Below are positions 27,501 to 37,921 of a DNA stretch of 64,000 bases, piece by piece. Source of the DNA: Anaeromyxobacter sp. (GTDB taxonomy: Bacteria; Myxococcota; Myxococcia; Myxococcales; Anaeromyxobacteraceae); assembly GCA_049840735.1 (NCBI GenBank), contig JASGJN010000022.1, positions 384,001 through 448,000 on the forward strand, in the 5' to 3' direction. Every line of letters starts with the position of its first letter. The stretch's first letter is position 1. The position numbers and the translations under genes were made by a program. The notes under the pieces were generated by a model that was not told where the DNA came from, did not search any database, and saw nothing but the letters and a program-made list of their open reading frames with translations.

Positions 27501-30289
27501 TACCTGGCCTGGCCGGTGGCGAAGGGCGTCTCGCGCAGCTGGCTGCGCCAGAGCCGCCGGTACACGCGCACCACCACCTCCTGCCCCAGCACCGGCTTGT
27601 CGTCCGGGCCGATGGCCAGGATCTCCGGGCGCAGCTCGGTGGCCTTCTCCTGGTAGCGGGCCAGCTTCATGCCCAGCAGGAAGGGCGGCAGCCCCTTCAC
27701 CTCCAGGGCCGCGCTCACCTGCTGCTGGTCCGGGCCGGTGACGGTGGCCTCCAGGTGGTAGATGCGCGGCGTGCCGTCCAGGTCGCGCGACGGATCGACG
27801 GTGATCTGGTCGGCGCCGGCCGGGTCGAGCTTGCTGGCCCGGCGCACCACCGGCGCGGGCCGGGCCGAGTCGGGGCGCGCGAACTGGGCGGCGGAGGCGA
27901 AGAGGAACCCCTCGCGCCCGGCCGGCGTGTGGAAGTACGGGCGCTGCGTCACGGTCCAGCTCACGGGCAGCCCGGCGCCGGCGCCGCCGGCGTAGTAGCG
28001 GGCCACGCCCTTCACCTTGAAGGGCCGGTCCAGCGGCACGGCCAGCGGGCTCGAGAGCTGCACCTCGAAGGTCGGGATGCGATAGGCCTCGATCTGGAAG
28101 GTCCGCTCGCCCAGCGCGTCGCCGGACTTCTTGTCGAAGAGGACGGCGCTGAAGCGGCCGGAGGGCAGGTCCGCCTCCTTCAGCTCGGCGGAGAAGCCGC
28201 CCAGCGCGGTGAAGGCGAGGGGTAGCGGGATGCTCCGCCCGTCCGGCCCGTCCACGCGCAGCGCCAGCCCCTCGCCGCCCGGGAAGACCAGGCCGCCGGC
28301 CACCTTGCGGCGCAGGTAGCCCTTCAGCTGGACGGCCTCGCCGGGCCGGTAGATGGCCCGGTCGGTGAACAGGAAGGCGAAGGTCTTGTCGTTGGCCGGC
28401 GGCGGCGGGTTCTGCGTGAGCCAGCGCAGCCAGCGCCCGGAGGTGGACCAGTGGGCGTCGGCGAACTGCGGCTGGGCCTCGCCCGGATCGAGCACCAGCA
28501 CGTCCTCGCCCTGCTGCACCGAGACCCGCAGCACCTGGGTCCAGTCCTGGAGCCGGCCCACCGCGGCGCGCCCCCCGGCGTCGGTGGTCGCCTCGACCTT
28601 GGCCGGCCGCTCCTCCTTGGTGGTGTGGCCGCCGCGGCTCACCTCCTCCACGCGCTTCCCCTCGATGCGGATGCGGGCGCCCTGCACCGGCTCGGCGCGG
28701 TCCAGCGTGCGGACGAAGAAGACGGCGCGGTCGCGCTCCTCGACGGTGGTGAGCGTGAGGTTGGTGACCTGGACGCGCACATAGGTGCGCTGCGGCGGCC
28801 CCACCAGCCGGCGCAGGCCGACCAGGTACGTGCCCGGGCGCCCCTTGCCGACCACCGGGTCGAGCAGCGCCCCCAGGTCGAGGCCGAAGCTGGTCGTGCC
28901 GGCCCGCTTCTCCAGCGGCAGCGGCACCACCTTCGACACCAGCGGCGAGCCCAGCAGCCGCAGGTGCGCGACGAGCTCGGCCGGGCCGCGGCGCTCGGCG
29001 GTGTCCGGCGCGGCGGGCTCCTCGCCGGGGAAGGGCGGCGCGCCCTCCTCGTTCACCTCGACCGGGCGGTCGGGGAAGGGCCACAGGCCGTCGTGGAAGG
29101 GGTCGATCCGGTAGATGCGCACGTCGGCGCGGGCGTCGCCGTAGCCGGTGAGCGGCAGCATCCGCGGCCCGCGGGCCTCCACCAGCGCGCTGCCCCGGCT
29201 CCAGCGCAGGAAGGGGCTCTTCCACCCGGAGTAGAAGTAGAGCTCGACGCCGCCCGGATCGCGGAGCGGCCGGCCGGACTCGTCCTTGACCGGCGCGGCG
29301 GCGAGCCGGAGCTTGTAGAGCACGTCCGGGACCAGCTTGCCGCGCAGCGTGATCCGGTCGCCCGCGGCGTCGAAGGTGAGGTCCGGGACGGCGGGCTCGA
29401 GCTGGATGAGCTTCTTGAGGTCGCCCAGCGAGGGGTCGCGCAGCGGCGCGGAGAAGTGGAGCTGCGGGCGCTCGCCCTGGTTGCCGCAGGCCAGCGCGCC
29501 GTCGCGCGGCGCGGCGGCGCCGGGGACCACCGGCAGCTCGGCCTGGCCGCAGCGGACCTTCACCAGGTGGAACGGCGGCCGGGTGGAGAGCCGGCCGGTC
29601 CAGAGCTGCGTCCCCTCCTGGCCCAGCGCCAGCGCCACCTTGACCGAGAGCTGCCTGCCCTCCGGCACGTCCTCCGGGAGCGTGACCGCGTAGGAGGCGG
29701 CCTCGCGCTGATCGCCGCGCGGCAGCTGGGCCAGCGTGAACCGGGAGAGCCGGACCACCGGGCCGTCGCCCGGGCCGGGCGCGTCGCGCAGCTCCAGCGA
29801 GAGCATGCGCCTGAGCCCGTCGAGCGGGAGCGGCTGCGGGAAGGTGAGGGTGAAGGCCCGGAACGGGCGCAGGTCGTCCGAGCCGTCCGCCGGCGAGAGC
29901 GACGACGGCGCCGACATCATGGTGGTGAGGACCCGGCGCTGGCCGGCGGCCTCCACCTGGAAGCGGGCCAGCGGCGGCCAGGGCTCGGCGGGGCGGAACT
30001 GCAGCGTCCGCTTGTCGACCCAGCTCCAGGCGCCGGGCCAGGCGGGGACCACCTGCAGCCGGCGCGCGCCGTCGTCGGCCGGCCCGCGGCCCGGCCCGGC
30101 GTCCTTGTCGAGGTGGACGGTGACCGGGTCGTAGCCGCGCAGGAAGGTCTCGGGCAGCAGGACCACCCCGCCGCCCTCCGGGCGCTGCCCGGTGTCGGCG
30201 GCCGCGGCCGGCTCGGCCGCCGCGGTGGGGTGCGGGGCCAGGGACAGCAGCGTGAGGAGCGGGAGGAGGCGGCGGGCGGCGGGCGTCAT
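24527..30289 (-). CDS. Bacterial alpha-2-macroglobulin (YfhM/ECAM-like, ~1920 aa)
   Basis: TDRAIYRPGE, EAYRIPTF, LVDAAVLSL, GGDG bait region, LSDDLTDFRV, thioester YPHECLEQ, APFAELMY. ATG overlaps the upstream TGA. Confidence 0.92.
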   Translation of the reverse strand: MTPAARRLLPLLTLLSLAPHPTAAAEPAAAADTGQRPEGGGVVLLPETFLRGYDPVTVHLDKDAGPGRGPADDGARRLQVVPAWPGAWSWVDKRTLQFRPAEPWPPLARFQVEAAGQRRVLTTMMSAPSSLSPADGSDDLRPFRAFTLTFPQPLPLDGLRRMLSLELRDAPGPGDGPVVRLSRFTLAQLPRGDQREAASYAVTLPEDVPEGRQLSVKVALALGQEGTQLWTGRLSTRPPFHLVKVRCGQAELPVVPGAAAPRDGALACGNQGERPQLHFSAPLRDPSLGDLKKLIQLEPAVPDLTFDAAGDRITLRGKLVPDVLYKLRLAAAPVKDESGRPLRDPGGVELYFYSGWKSPFLRWSRGSALVEARGPRMLPLTGYGDARADVRIYRIDPFHDGLWPFPDRPVEVNEEGAPPFPGEEPAAPDTAERRGPAELVAHLRLLGSPLVSKVVPLPLEKRAGTTSFGLDLGALLDPVVGKGRPGTYLVGLRRLVGPPQRTYVRVQVTNLTLTTVEERDRAVFFVRTLDRAEPVQGARIRIEGKRVEEVSRGGHTTKEERPAKVEATTDAGGRAAVGRLQDWTQVLRVSVQQGEDVLVLDPGEAQPQFADAHWSTSGRWLRWLTQNPPPPANDKTFAFLFTDRAIYRPGEAVQLKGYLRRKVAGGLVFPGGEGLALRVDGPDGRSIPLPLAFTALGGFSAELKEADLPSGRFSAVLFDKKSGDALGERTFQIEAYRIPTFEVQLSSPLAVPLDRPFKVKGVARYYAGGAGAGLPVSWTVTQRPYFHTPAGREGFLFASAAQFARPDSARPAPVVRRASKLDPAGADQITVDPSRDLDGTPRIYHLEATVTGPDQQQVSAALEVKGLPPFLLGMKLARYQEKATELRPEILAIGPDDKPVLGQEVVVRVYRRLWRSQLRETPFATGQARYLTEQEDVKVAEKRIKTEAGPVTAAFPISEAGVYVVELTGRDRLGRVQTLSADLYAGGPGPVAWQKPREGIIQLTPDRPSHAPGQTARVVIESPVQTGRALVIVEEPVGNVYRWLDVSGGKAVAELPVEARHVPNLPVHAVVLRGRLGEGTQDDGRYRPLTVAGSLDLKVEPVQNQVRVVVKHPESVRPGARVELELTLSDEAKRPLAGEVTLWLVDAAVLSLAREGPLDPLSRFIEPNRRATTVRDTRNLAVGRVLELEEEPGGDGEELSAEARVGGVAQRPVVRKNFKTVPFYQATLQVPASGRLVVPVTLSDDLTDFRVRAVAASGTARFGLHQSTLRVRLPVLIQPQLPRLVRSGDRFWPGGVARVLEGAGGAGTVSIQVNGQAAQAKQSVPVQLSPEQPVSGLTPVTVAAVPGSSELTVQVGVTRAADGVGDAFEVKIPVQPDRTVERFAYVERLAPGPVTLRPFPEAPRPGTVRQDVALTSVPGVLELISGVDYLDAYPHECLEQRAARVWARVGLAGVLSRLGLPGPDAQAQAAARRLLADLPLHQDEAGLLAYWPGNKGDVALTAQVLELLRALRAAGLPVDEKVEKRAGEALAKALRSDYPGAWRGFEPNQRTAALAALSRTGHLDEHYAVDLFQARAGMDATSVADLAAAMNGRPDLYRTNLAALKEQLWSTVVFKLRDGKPVFDGLRWGRNGWGGGYLGSDASAVAAVWRSLLLLDPTDPRQAQLRDGLLSYARPDRGFGDAHATRRGLEALATYLDLPQPQLPASSLKLTGQAALDVDGTRKVGALTARGEAPLSGKLEGAPAGVRVAYAYVPAAPGDRVAATAQGLSVARSSSAVAQDGTLAPERPDQAGEVRTLAVGDVLELHTRVTSAEERFHVALVVPFAGGLELLNPALQTTGAIGTPSQADTLAPTAVQRLDGELRYYFDRLPAGTQSFHFRVRASSEGSFVQPAPFAELMYRQEVRGRGAGLRVRITGEHEK

Positions 30290-33200
30290 GGCGTGGAAGC
30301 TCCGATGCGCTGGAACAGGTCGCGGAGGTAGTCGTCCGGCACGCCGGCTGCGGCGCCGGCCAGGCCCAGCACCACCGGGCGGAAGCGCGCCGGCGCGAGC
30401 CCTGGGGGCGCGTGGACGGCGAGGAGGTAGTCGCCCGGCTCGAGCGTGAGCAGGGCCTGGCAGCCGGTGGCGAGCGGGCGCTGGGCGGCGTCGGAGACGG
30501 TGCAGGAGAGGACCTCGGCCTCCTGTTGCAGCCCGACGCCCACCCGGCCCTGGCCGGCGGCGCGGAAGCGGAAGACGCGCGTCTCGCCGGGGCCGAGCCA
30601 GCGCTCCGGCCCGGCGCCCTCGGTGAGGGGCTCGACCGGCTCGGTGGTGAAGCGGACGGCGCCGGCCGGCGGCTCGCCGGCGAAGGGGCGCACCGCGAGC
30701 CGGTGCGTGCCGGCCGGCAGGAGCTGGTCCAGGGCGCAGGGGCCGCCCAGGCCGCCGGCGGCCACCAGCGCGGCGCCGGAGGCCAGCGCGCAGACGCCCG
30801 CGTCGGCCCGCAGGTGGACCAGCGCCGGCGCGGCCAGCGTGAAGGACCGCTCCAGCGGCGCCGGGGTGAGGGCCGCGGCCTCGCCGGCGCGGAGCGCGGG
30901 GGCGCTCGCCGCGAGCGGCCGGCCGTAGGCGGCGGCAGGGCCGGCGCTGGTCGGGCGGGCCAGGGCGCGGAGCGGGCCGCCCGCGTCCAGCAGCACGTCG
31001 GCGGCGAGCCCGGCCGGCAGCGGGGCGGTGCAGGCCTCCCGGCGCGAGCCGTCGGAGAGGCGCACCAGGCAGCGGGCGCCGCCGGAGACCTCCAGCGTCC
31101 GCTCCGCCGGGGCGGCGGGCACGCGGAGCAGCAGCGGGCCGGGCTCGAGCCGCGCCTCGAAGGGCTCGGCGCCCAGCACGCGCTCCGGCGGCGGGGCGGG
31201 GAGGGTCACCAGCGTGGCCTCGACGCGCCGCTCCTCCGGCGCCCACAGGAACAGCTCGCCGCCGCCGGGCTGCAGCAGGCAGCGCGCGAGGCGGGCGGCG
31301 GGCGGGCAGAGATCCAGCGCGCGCCCCTCGGCGGAGAGCAGCACGGCCCAGGCCGCGGGCGGGAGGAGCAGCTCCAGCCGCGACGGGCCCGCGGGGAGCG
31401 GGAGGCGGGCGGCGGCGTCGGCCAGCGTCAGGACCTGCCGGCCCGGCTCCAGCCGGCCGCCCGGCTTCGGCAACGCGATGGCGGCGCGGGTCAGCTCCAC
31501 CTCCACCGGCGCGTCGGACGGCGCCAGCAGGCGCGCGGTGGCGCTGGTGCCGGCGGCGCCGGCGGCGTAGCAGGCGGCCTCGCCGGCCGCGCCGGGCGAG
31601 GAGACCCCGCCTTCGAACGCGCACCAGGGCGCGGCCCGCTCGCCGGGCGCGGCGCGGGCGGCAAGCAGGTGGACGGCGCTGGCGCGGCTGCGCTGCACCT
31701 GCACCAGCGGCCGGCGGGTCAGGCCCTGGCGCTCGGTGGCCGGCGCGTCCACCGCGGCGGCCAGCTCCTCCAGCGCCACGCGCGCCTCGGCGCCCGGCGC
31801 GGCGAAGAGGACCGGGCCCGCCTCCAGCGAGGCCTCGGGCCCGCAGGGCTGGAGCAGGCCGGGCTGGCCGGCGGGGGCGCAGCGCAGGCCCGCGCCGGTG
31901 CGCCAGCGGCCGGCGTGCGCCACGGCGGCGAGCCCCGCGCCGGTGGCGGCGACGGCGCCGCCGGCGGAGAGCGGCGCGGCGATGCGCACCCGGAGCCGCG
32001 CCAGCACCTGCGCCGGCCGCTCCAGGGTCCACAGCCGCAGCCGGTAGGCGGCGCCGGCGGGGTGGAGCAGCGCCGTGCAGGTGCGCGTCTCCAGCTGCGC
32101 GTCCACCACCGCGCCGGCGGCGTCCTCGAGGGCGCAGGAGAACGGCGACGGGGAGGCCAGCGCCACCTCCACCACCTGGGCGGGCGCGCCGCGGGTGCCG
32201 GCGGGGAGCGCCGCGGTCAGCACCTGGTCCGCCAGCGCGTAGGTCTTCCCGTCCTCCAGGGCGCCCACGTCCTGCAGCGCCGGGGCGGAGAGCGAGAGGC
32301 GCGTGGTGCCGGAGAGCTGGGTCTCGCTCTCCAGCGCCAGCCTGTAGTCGCCGGCCGGGAGCGGCTGCGCCAGCGCGCAGTTCCAGTCGTCGCCCAGCTC
32401 GCCCGACTCGGCGGCCAGCCGCCCCGCCGCGTCGAAGAGCCGGCAGCGCACGTCGGTGTCCCCGCGGGTCCGCAGCCGCAGCGTGCCGGCCTTCGGCAGG
32501 CGCACGGTGACCTCGGAGGGCACGGGCAGCTCGCGGGCGGAGCCGGGGGTGAGGAGCTCGCTGGTCAGCTGGAGCGTGTAGGTGATGGCCACGTCGCCGC
32601 GGCTGTGCTCGGTCACCAGCCGGTAGCGGCCGGCGGCGAGCGAGAGCACCGGACCGCTGGGCTCGCCGGGCGGCGCCGGCGGCGGGCGCCGGTAGGCCAC
32701 CGGCTTCTCCTCCGGCGCGGGGTTTGGGGCGGCCTCCTCGCCCGGGTCCCCGGGGGCCGGCAGGTCCTCGATGAGGCCGTCGGCGGAGGCGTCGTCGTAC
32801 GAAGGCGCGTCGTCCGAGGACTCGTCGCCGGGCGGCGCCTCGCTCCGCTCGTCCTGCGAGACGTCCTGGTCGCCGATCCCGTCCTGCGCCTCGCCCTCCC
32901 CGTACCCCTCGTCGGGCTGCGCCGGGGCGCTCTCCTCCGGCGAGCCGCCGCCGGCGGCCGGGACCAGCTCGACGGGCCGGTCCTCGCCCTCGCGGTAGAG
33001 CCGCCCCTGCATGCCGTTGGTGAGCGTGACGCGGAGGTCGAGGTCGGCCACCAGCGTGAAGTCGAACGTGTCGTGGCCGCCGCCGGAGAGCTCGACCACG
33101 TAGGGCGTCCAGAGCGCCACCGGGTGCGGGGCCTCGCCGCGCAGCACCTCCGGCGGGCGCACCGGCGCGAGGCGCGTGTGGCGCATGCTCTCGACGGTGA

Positions 33201-35644
33201 GCGGCAGCTGCGTCCAGAGCAGCTCGCCGGCGGGGAGCGGCAGCTCCAGCTCGCAGCGGCCCGGCACGCGGAAGAGCGGCCAGCCTTCGGGGTCCTCGAG
33301 CCGGCACTGCAGCGTCGCGCCCGGGGCGGAGGTGGAGAGCGCGTGCGGGCCCGCGGCGGCCACGCTCAGCCGCTCGCGGACCAGCTCGCCGGCCGGGACG
33401 CGGAAGAAGGCCTCGCCGTCGTCGGCCACCGGGGCCAGCTCGCGCACGGGCCGGTGCTCGAGCACCACCCCGGCGCGCCCCCGGCTCCGGCCGGTGGCGC
33501 GGACCGTGAGCAGGTAGCTGCCGGGGTCGAGGTAGGCGGCCACCAGGCAGTTGCGGCCGCGGCCGCCGCCCTGGTCCTGGGCCAGCTGCACCACCGTGGC
33601 GGTGCGCAGGGTGCACGCGGTGGCCAAGAGCCCCTCGGTGCGGGCGTGGTAGAGCCCGGCGGGTCTCGACCTTGAAGGTGAAGGCGTGCGGCTCGTCCGG
33701 CGCCAGGTCCAGGAAGGCCGGCTGGCCCGGCGCGAGCGCGGGCAGCGCCACCGCCGCCGGGCGCAGCGCGGTGAGCGGCGGCAGCGGCCTCGGCGGCTGG
33801 GGCGGGCGGTCCAGGCGCAGCGCGCGCGCGCCGCCGGCGGGCGCGTTCAGGACGAGCTCGTCCGCGCCGCTGGCCTCGACCACGCAGGCGCCGTCGCGCA
33901 CCACGCCTGCGCCGCCGCGGGAGAGCGCGCAGGTGGGCGGGGCGCCGCGGGCGGCGCGGACGCGGATGGGGCCGGCGGTCACCGGGAGGCTCACCGTCTC
34001 GCCCGGCGCGAGCTCCAGGGGCAGCGGCTCGGCCAGCGTCAGCGGGAGGGGGCGGGCCACGAGGCCGCGCACCGGCGCGGCGCCGGTCCGGTTGGTGGAC
34101 AGGAGGTACGGCGCGTCGCCGGAGAGGCGGACGCGCATCAGGCAGCCGGTCACCGCGGCCGAGTCGGCCGACGGGGCCGGGTCGCCGTCGGCCACGATGC
34201 GCAGGCGGTCGATGCCGGACGGCCCGCCGGAGATGCGCAGCTCGTAGCGGCCCGGCTCGAGCCGCTGCTGCAGGTCGCAGCGCGGCTGCTCGCTGGTGCG
34301 CGAGAGGCGCTGGGTGCCCTCCGCCAGGCGGTACAGCTCGCAGCGCTCCTTGCGCGCCGGGTCGGTGGAGAGGCGGTAGCCGGCGGCGTCGGCCACCTCG
34401 AACCAGATCGACTGGTCGCCGGTGGTGTTGAAGGCGCGGTGGAGGGGCCGGCCGCGGCCGACCCGGGGCAGGTCCACCGCCAGCAGCTCGCGCGGTCGCA
34501 AGGGGGGATCGCGGAACAGGGCGCAGCCGAGCGGCGCGGCGTCGGCGTCGGGCGGGGTGTCGTGCAGGCCGACCAGGTAGTCGCCGGCCGGGAGCGGCTC
34601 GATGCCCAGGGCCGGGGCGCTGGGCCGGTACTCCCCGTCCACCAGGCGCGGGGCGGCGGAGCGCGGGGCCCAGTGGAGCTGGACGCGCGTGCCGGGCGCG
34701 CCGCGGACCGAGAGGAGCTGCGGCTCGCTCCCGCGGTCGCTGGACCAGGCCACGCACTCCGGCGAGACGGCGCGCGGCTCGACCTGGCAGGTGGCGCGCT
34801 CCTGGAACAGCGCCGGGCCGTGCACCGTCAGCGCCACCGGCGTGGCCGGGGCGGCGTCGAGCGAGAGGATGGCGGTGAGGCCGGCGCGCGCCGGGGCCCT
34901 CTCCGCCGCCGGCGGGACGGCCACCACCACCAGGCCCCAGGGCGGGAGCGTGAGCGCCATGCTCCGCTCGGCCGGCGGGAGGCCGAGCTGCACCGAGAGC
35001 TGATCCGAGGCGGGCCCCTGCGTCCACTCCAGCGGCGCCGTGCCGTAGACGGTCAGCAGGTGGTCGCCGGCGTCGAGCGTGGTCTCGAGCCACCACTCGT
35101 GGATGGGCTGGCCGGCGCGCGGCGTGGGGGCGAGATCGCGGGCCACCACGTCCTCGCGCCACTGGCCGGCGCGCCAGAGCTGCACCTGCCCGGCCGTCCG
35201 GCCGGAGGCGCGCACCGCCACGGCCTGGCGGCTGTCGAGGTGGATCCAGAACGAGGCCTGCTGGCCGGAGGGGAGCGGCTGCTCCACCGCCCGCCCGGGC
35301 TGGAGCTGCACCGGGCTGGCGTTCAGCTCCTGGAACGGCACCGCCTGGAGCGCGGCCGCACCCTTCCCCGCGACCGGCGAGGCCAGCCGGAGCTTGTAGG
35401 TGCCGGCGTCGAGCAGCAGGTCCACGCGGCAGTCGGCGACGCCCGCCTCACCGCTCTGCTGGAACGGGCCGCGGAGGTGGTCCACCACCGTGCAGGCGGT
35501 GCCGCCGCCGCCGCTGGCGGCGAGCCGCACCATGCCGGCGCGGTCCACGGTGAGGAGGGCCTCCTGCGCCCCGCGGGCGGGGACGGAGGCAGGCTGGACC
35601 GCGGTGCTGCCCAGGAGCAGCGGAAGGGCGACCAGGACGAACAT
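30286..35644 (-). CDS. Giant secreted repeat protein (~1785 aa), apparent +1 frameshift at 33661-33663
   Basis: ATG 35644 with a signal-like start. Removing one base gives FKVETAGLYHARTEGLLATAC, joining the 30286-33627 ORF. Recurrent C-x(n)-C...L-x-[PA]-G-x-Y modules. Confidence 0.78.
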
Positions 35645-35686
35645 GGAGCCTCGCGCGAGCGCGGGTGGAGTCTTTCGCCGGCAGAT

Positions 35687-35702
35687 AGCAACCGGCGGGC
35701 CA
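35687..35702 (-). promoter_or_regulatory. Sigma54-type -24/-12 promoter candidate for the A2M/pbpC operon
   Basis: Minus strand TGGCCCG-CCGG-TTGCT, GG-N10-GC spacing, about 43 nt upstream of ATG 35644. Confidence 0.6.
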
Positions 35703-35885
35703 CCGCACGCCCCCCTCGTGTCGGCCACTTCGCGCGCGGTGGACAGGACGATACACGAGCGCCCGTGTCCCGCCAGCCGCAGGCTCGCCCGACGCGCCCG
35801 ACGCGCCCGACGCGCCCGGCTGATCCCGGTCACGCGTGGCGGCGAGCGGGGTGGACCGGGGTGCCGCGGGACCTGTGGCGGGGCG

Positions 35886-37442
35886 TCACTCGTAGTGCTT
35901 CAGCCGCGGCCAGAGCGCCGGCAGCGAGCCGGTGAGGCCGCGGCAGATCCAGATCACGTGGGCGTCCTCGAACGGCCGGATGTAGGGATCGTGCGGCAGC
36001 CGCAGCGCCTCGATGCGCTCCCGGTAGACGCCGCCGCAGTCCTCTCCCGCGTCGCTGACCACGATCACCGGATCGCCGCGGCCGGGCGGGAGGCCCCACA
36101 GCCAGTACTGGTTGTGGCCGGAGATGGCCGGGGGCAGGTCCTTCCCCAGCACGTCCACCGCGGCCGCGATGCCGTAGTTGGAGCCGTAGACCACCGCGGT
36201 GGCCCGCTGCTCCGGCGGCAGCGTCTCCACCACCCGCGCCACGCCGTCGGCCAGCGCCTGCCAGCCGTGCATGTCGGCGAAGACCTGGGGGAGCTCGCCT
36301 TGCACGTCGCGCTCCATGGGCGCGGGCTGGAGGTGCATCCGCTCCAGGTGCGCCACCAGCTGGTCCTCCGGGAGGATGGGGATGGCCGACGGCAGCGCCG
36401 GCGGCAGCATCAGCAGCAGCGCCGCCGTGAGCGCCCAGGCCGGCCAGGCGCGCCCGGTCCTGCGCCCCCAGGCCGCGCCGCCGGCCGCCAGCAGCACCGG
36501 CAGGATCGCGCCCGCGTAGTAGGGCTTGCCGTGCGAGGCCAGCAGCGCGCCCAGGTAGAGCGCCACGGCCACGCCCAGGAAGCGGGCCGGCCGGGCGGCG
36601 CGCGAGAGCAGCAGCCAGGCCAGGCCCGGTAGCCAGACCAGCACGTTGAGCGGCCCGGCCTCAAGCCAGAGCTCGAGCAGGAAGCCGGCCGTGCTCATGG
36701 GCGCGTTCTTCACCTCCTGCCCGCGCCGCACCAGCTCCAGGAAGGGGAAGCCGTTCGCGGCCTGCCAGGCCAGGTTGGGCAGCACCACCGCGAGGGCCAC
36801 CAGGGCGCCGGCCAGCGCCCACCGCGAGCGCAGCGCGCGCCGGGCCTGCGTCGCGAGCAGCCCGGCCAGCAGCGCCACCGCCACGATCCCGGCGGTGTAC
36901 TTGAAGAGCACCGCCAGCCCGGCCACGCCGCCCGCGGCCACCCACAGCCGCGGATCCTCCCCCTGGACCAGCCGCACCAGCAGCAGCGCCAGCGCGGTCA
37001 GCAGCGCCACCTCGAAGGCGTTCATGGTGAGCAGGTGCGAGACGCCCAGCAGCAGCGGCGCGGCGAAGGCCGTCGCCGAGGCCACCAGCGCGCCGCGCGG
37101 CCCGCCGCCCAGCCGCAGCGCCAGCCGCCCCACCAGCCAGGTGGTGGCGGCGGCGGCGAGCCAGGGCAGGAGCCGCAGCCCCGGGACCCAGCTGCCGAAG
37201 AGCGCGTGCGCCAGCCGCGCCACCAGCGCGATGCCCGGCGGCTGGTCCACGTAGCCCGCCTGCAGCCGCTCCCCGCAGGCGATGAAGTAGAGCTCGTCGC
37301 GGAAGATGCCGTAGCGCCCGCCGCAGGCGGCGTGGACGGCGAAGGTGAGCAGGGCGAAGAGCGGCGGCGCGAGGCGGGCCAGGCGCGGCGCGGGGTGGGC
37401 GGCGCCGGAAGGCGACGGCCGGGAGAGGGCAGGGGCGTTCAC
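35886..37442 (-). CDS. GT-C membrane glycosyltransferase (GT39/ArnT-PMT-like)
   Basis: YGIFRDELYF, GYVDQPP, LFKYT, PNLAWQ, GKPYY, SGHNQYWLWG; many hydrophobic segments. Confidence 0.85.
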   Translation of the reverse strand: MNAPALSRPSPSGAAHPAPRLARLAPPLFALLTFAVHAACGGRYGIFRDELYFIACGERLQAGYVDQPPGIALVARLAHALFGSWVPGLRLLPWLAAAATTWLVGRLALRLGGGPRGALVASATAFAAPLLLGVSHLLTMNAFEVALLTALALLLVRLVQGEDPRLWVAAGGVAGLAVLFKYTAGIVAVALLAGLLATQARRALRSRWALAGALVALAVVLPNLAWQAANGFPFLELVRRGQEVKNAPMSTAGFLLELWLEAGPLNVLVWLPGLAWLLLSRAARPARFLGVAVALYLGALLASHGKPYYAGAILPVLLAAGGAAWGRRTGRAWPAWALTAALLLMLPPALPSAIPILPEDQLVAHLERMHLQPAPMERDVQGELPQVFADMHGWQALADGVARVVETLPPEQRATAVVYGSNYGIAAAVDVLGKDLPPAISGHNQYWLWGLPPGRGDPVIVVSDAGEDCGGVYRERIEALRLPHDPYIRPFEDAHVIWICRGLTGSLPALWPRLKHYE

Positions 37443-37526
37443 GGGGCGCCACCCTAGCAAGGCTTCGGGCGCCGGGCTTCAGGACTCAGGGGGCTGCGCG
37501 GGGGTGGCGCCGCTCGGGTTCACCAG

Positions 37527-37679
37527 CCGTTCGTGGTGAGCGCAGGGCCGGGCTCGTACCGGGTGAACCGCAAGGCCGGCCCGGAGTCGAACCACGAGAG
37601 CGGAGCGCGAGAGCACCAGCGAGGACCCTGTCCTTCGACTCCGCGCCCGCTGTGCGGGCGCTACGCTCAGGACGAACGG
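37527..37679. repeat. REP/BIME-like inverted pair of palindromic units (copy C)
   Basis: CCGTTCGTGG-TGAGCGCAG...GGAGTCGAA-CCACGA, then the inverted unit GTCC-TTCGACTCCG...CTACGCTCA-GGACGAACGG; same core as copies A, B and D. Confidence 0.8.
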
Positions 37680-37680
37680 T

Positions 37681-37920
37681 TCCTTCGGCGCCTGTCCATC
37701 CCGCTCCTGCGGCGCCTGTCCATCCCGCTCCTGCGGCGCCTGTCCATCCCGCTCCTGCGGCGCCTGTCCATCCCGCTCCTTCGGCGCCTGTCCATCCCGC
37801 TCCTGCGGCGCCTATTCATCCCGCTCCTGCGGCGCCTGTCCATCCCGCTCCTGCGGCGCTTGTCCATCCCGCTCCTTCGGCGCCTGTCCATCCCGCTCCT
37901 GCGGCGCCTGTCCATCCCGC
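37681..37920. repeat. Minisatellite: 10 tandem copies of a 24-bp unit
   Basis: Unit TCCTKCGGCGCCTGTCCATCCCGC, 240 bp in total, no spacers. T variant in units 1, 5 and 9; private changes in units 6 and 8. Confidence 0.97.
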
Positions 37921-37921
37921 C

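Noticed and set aside
35786..35817. 9-bp tandem repeat (CGCCCGACG)x3.5 upstream of the sigma54-like site
   Set aside because: Real but short; it could be an activator site or simple slippage, and nothing supports a function.
24527..35833. Single 3768-aa protein in the ORF track
   Set aside because: Artefact of the 33661 frameshift; the middle third is off-frame and the A2M has its own ATG and signal peptide at 30289.
37681..37920. CRISPR array
   Set aside because: Units are contiguous with no unique spacers, and no cas genes are in the window.
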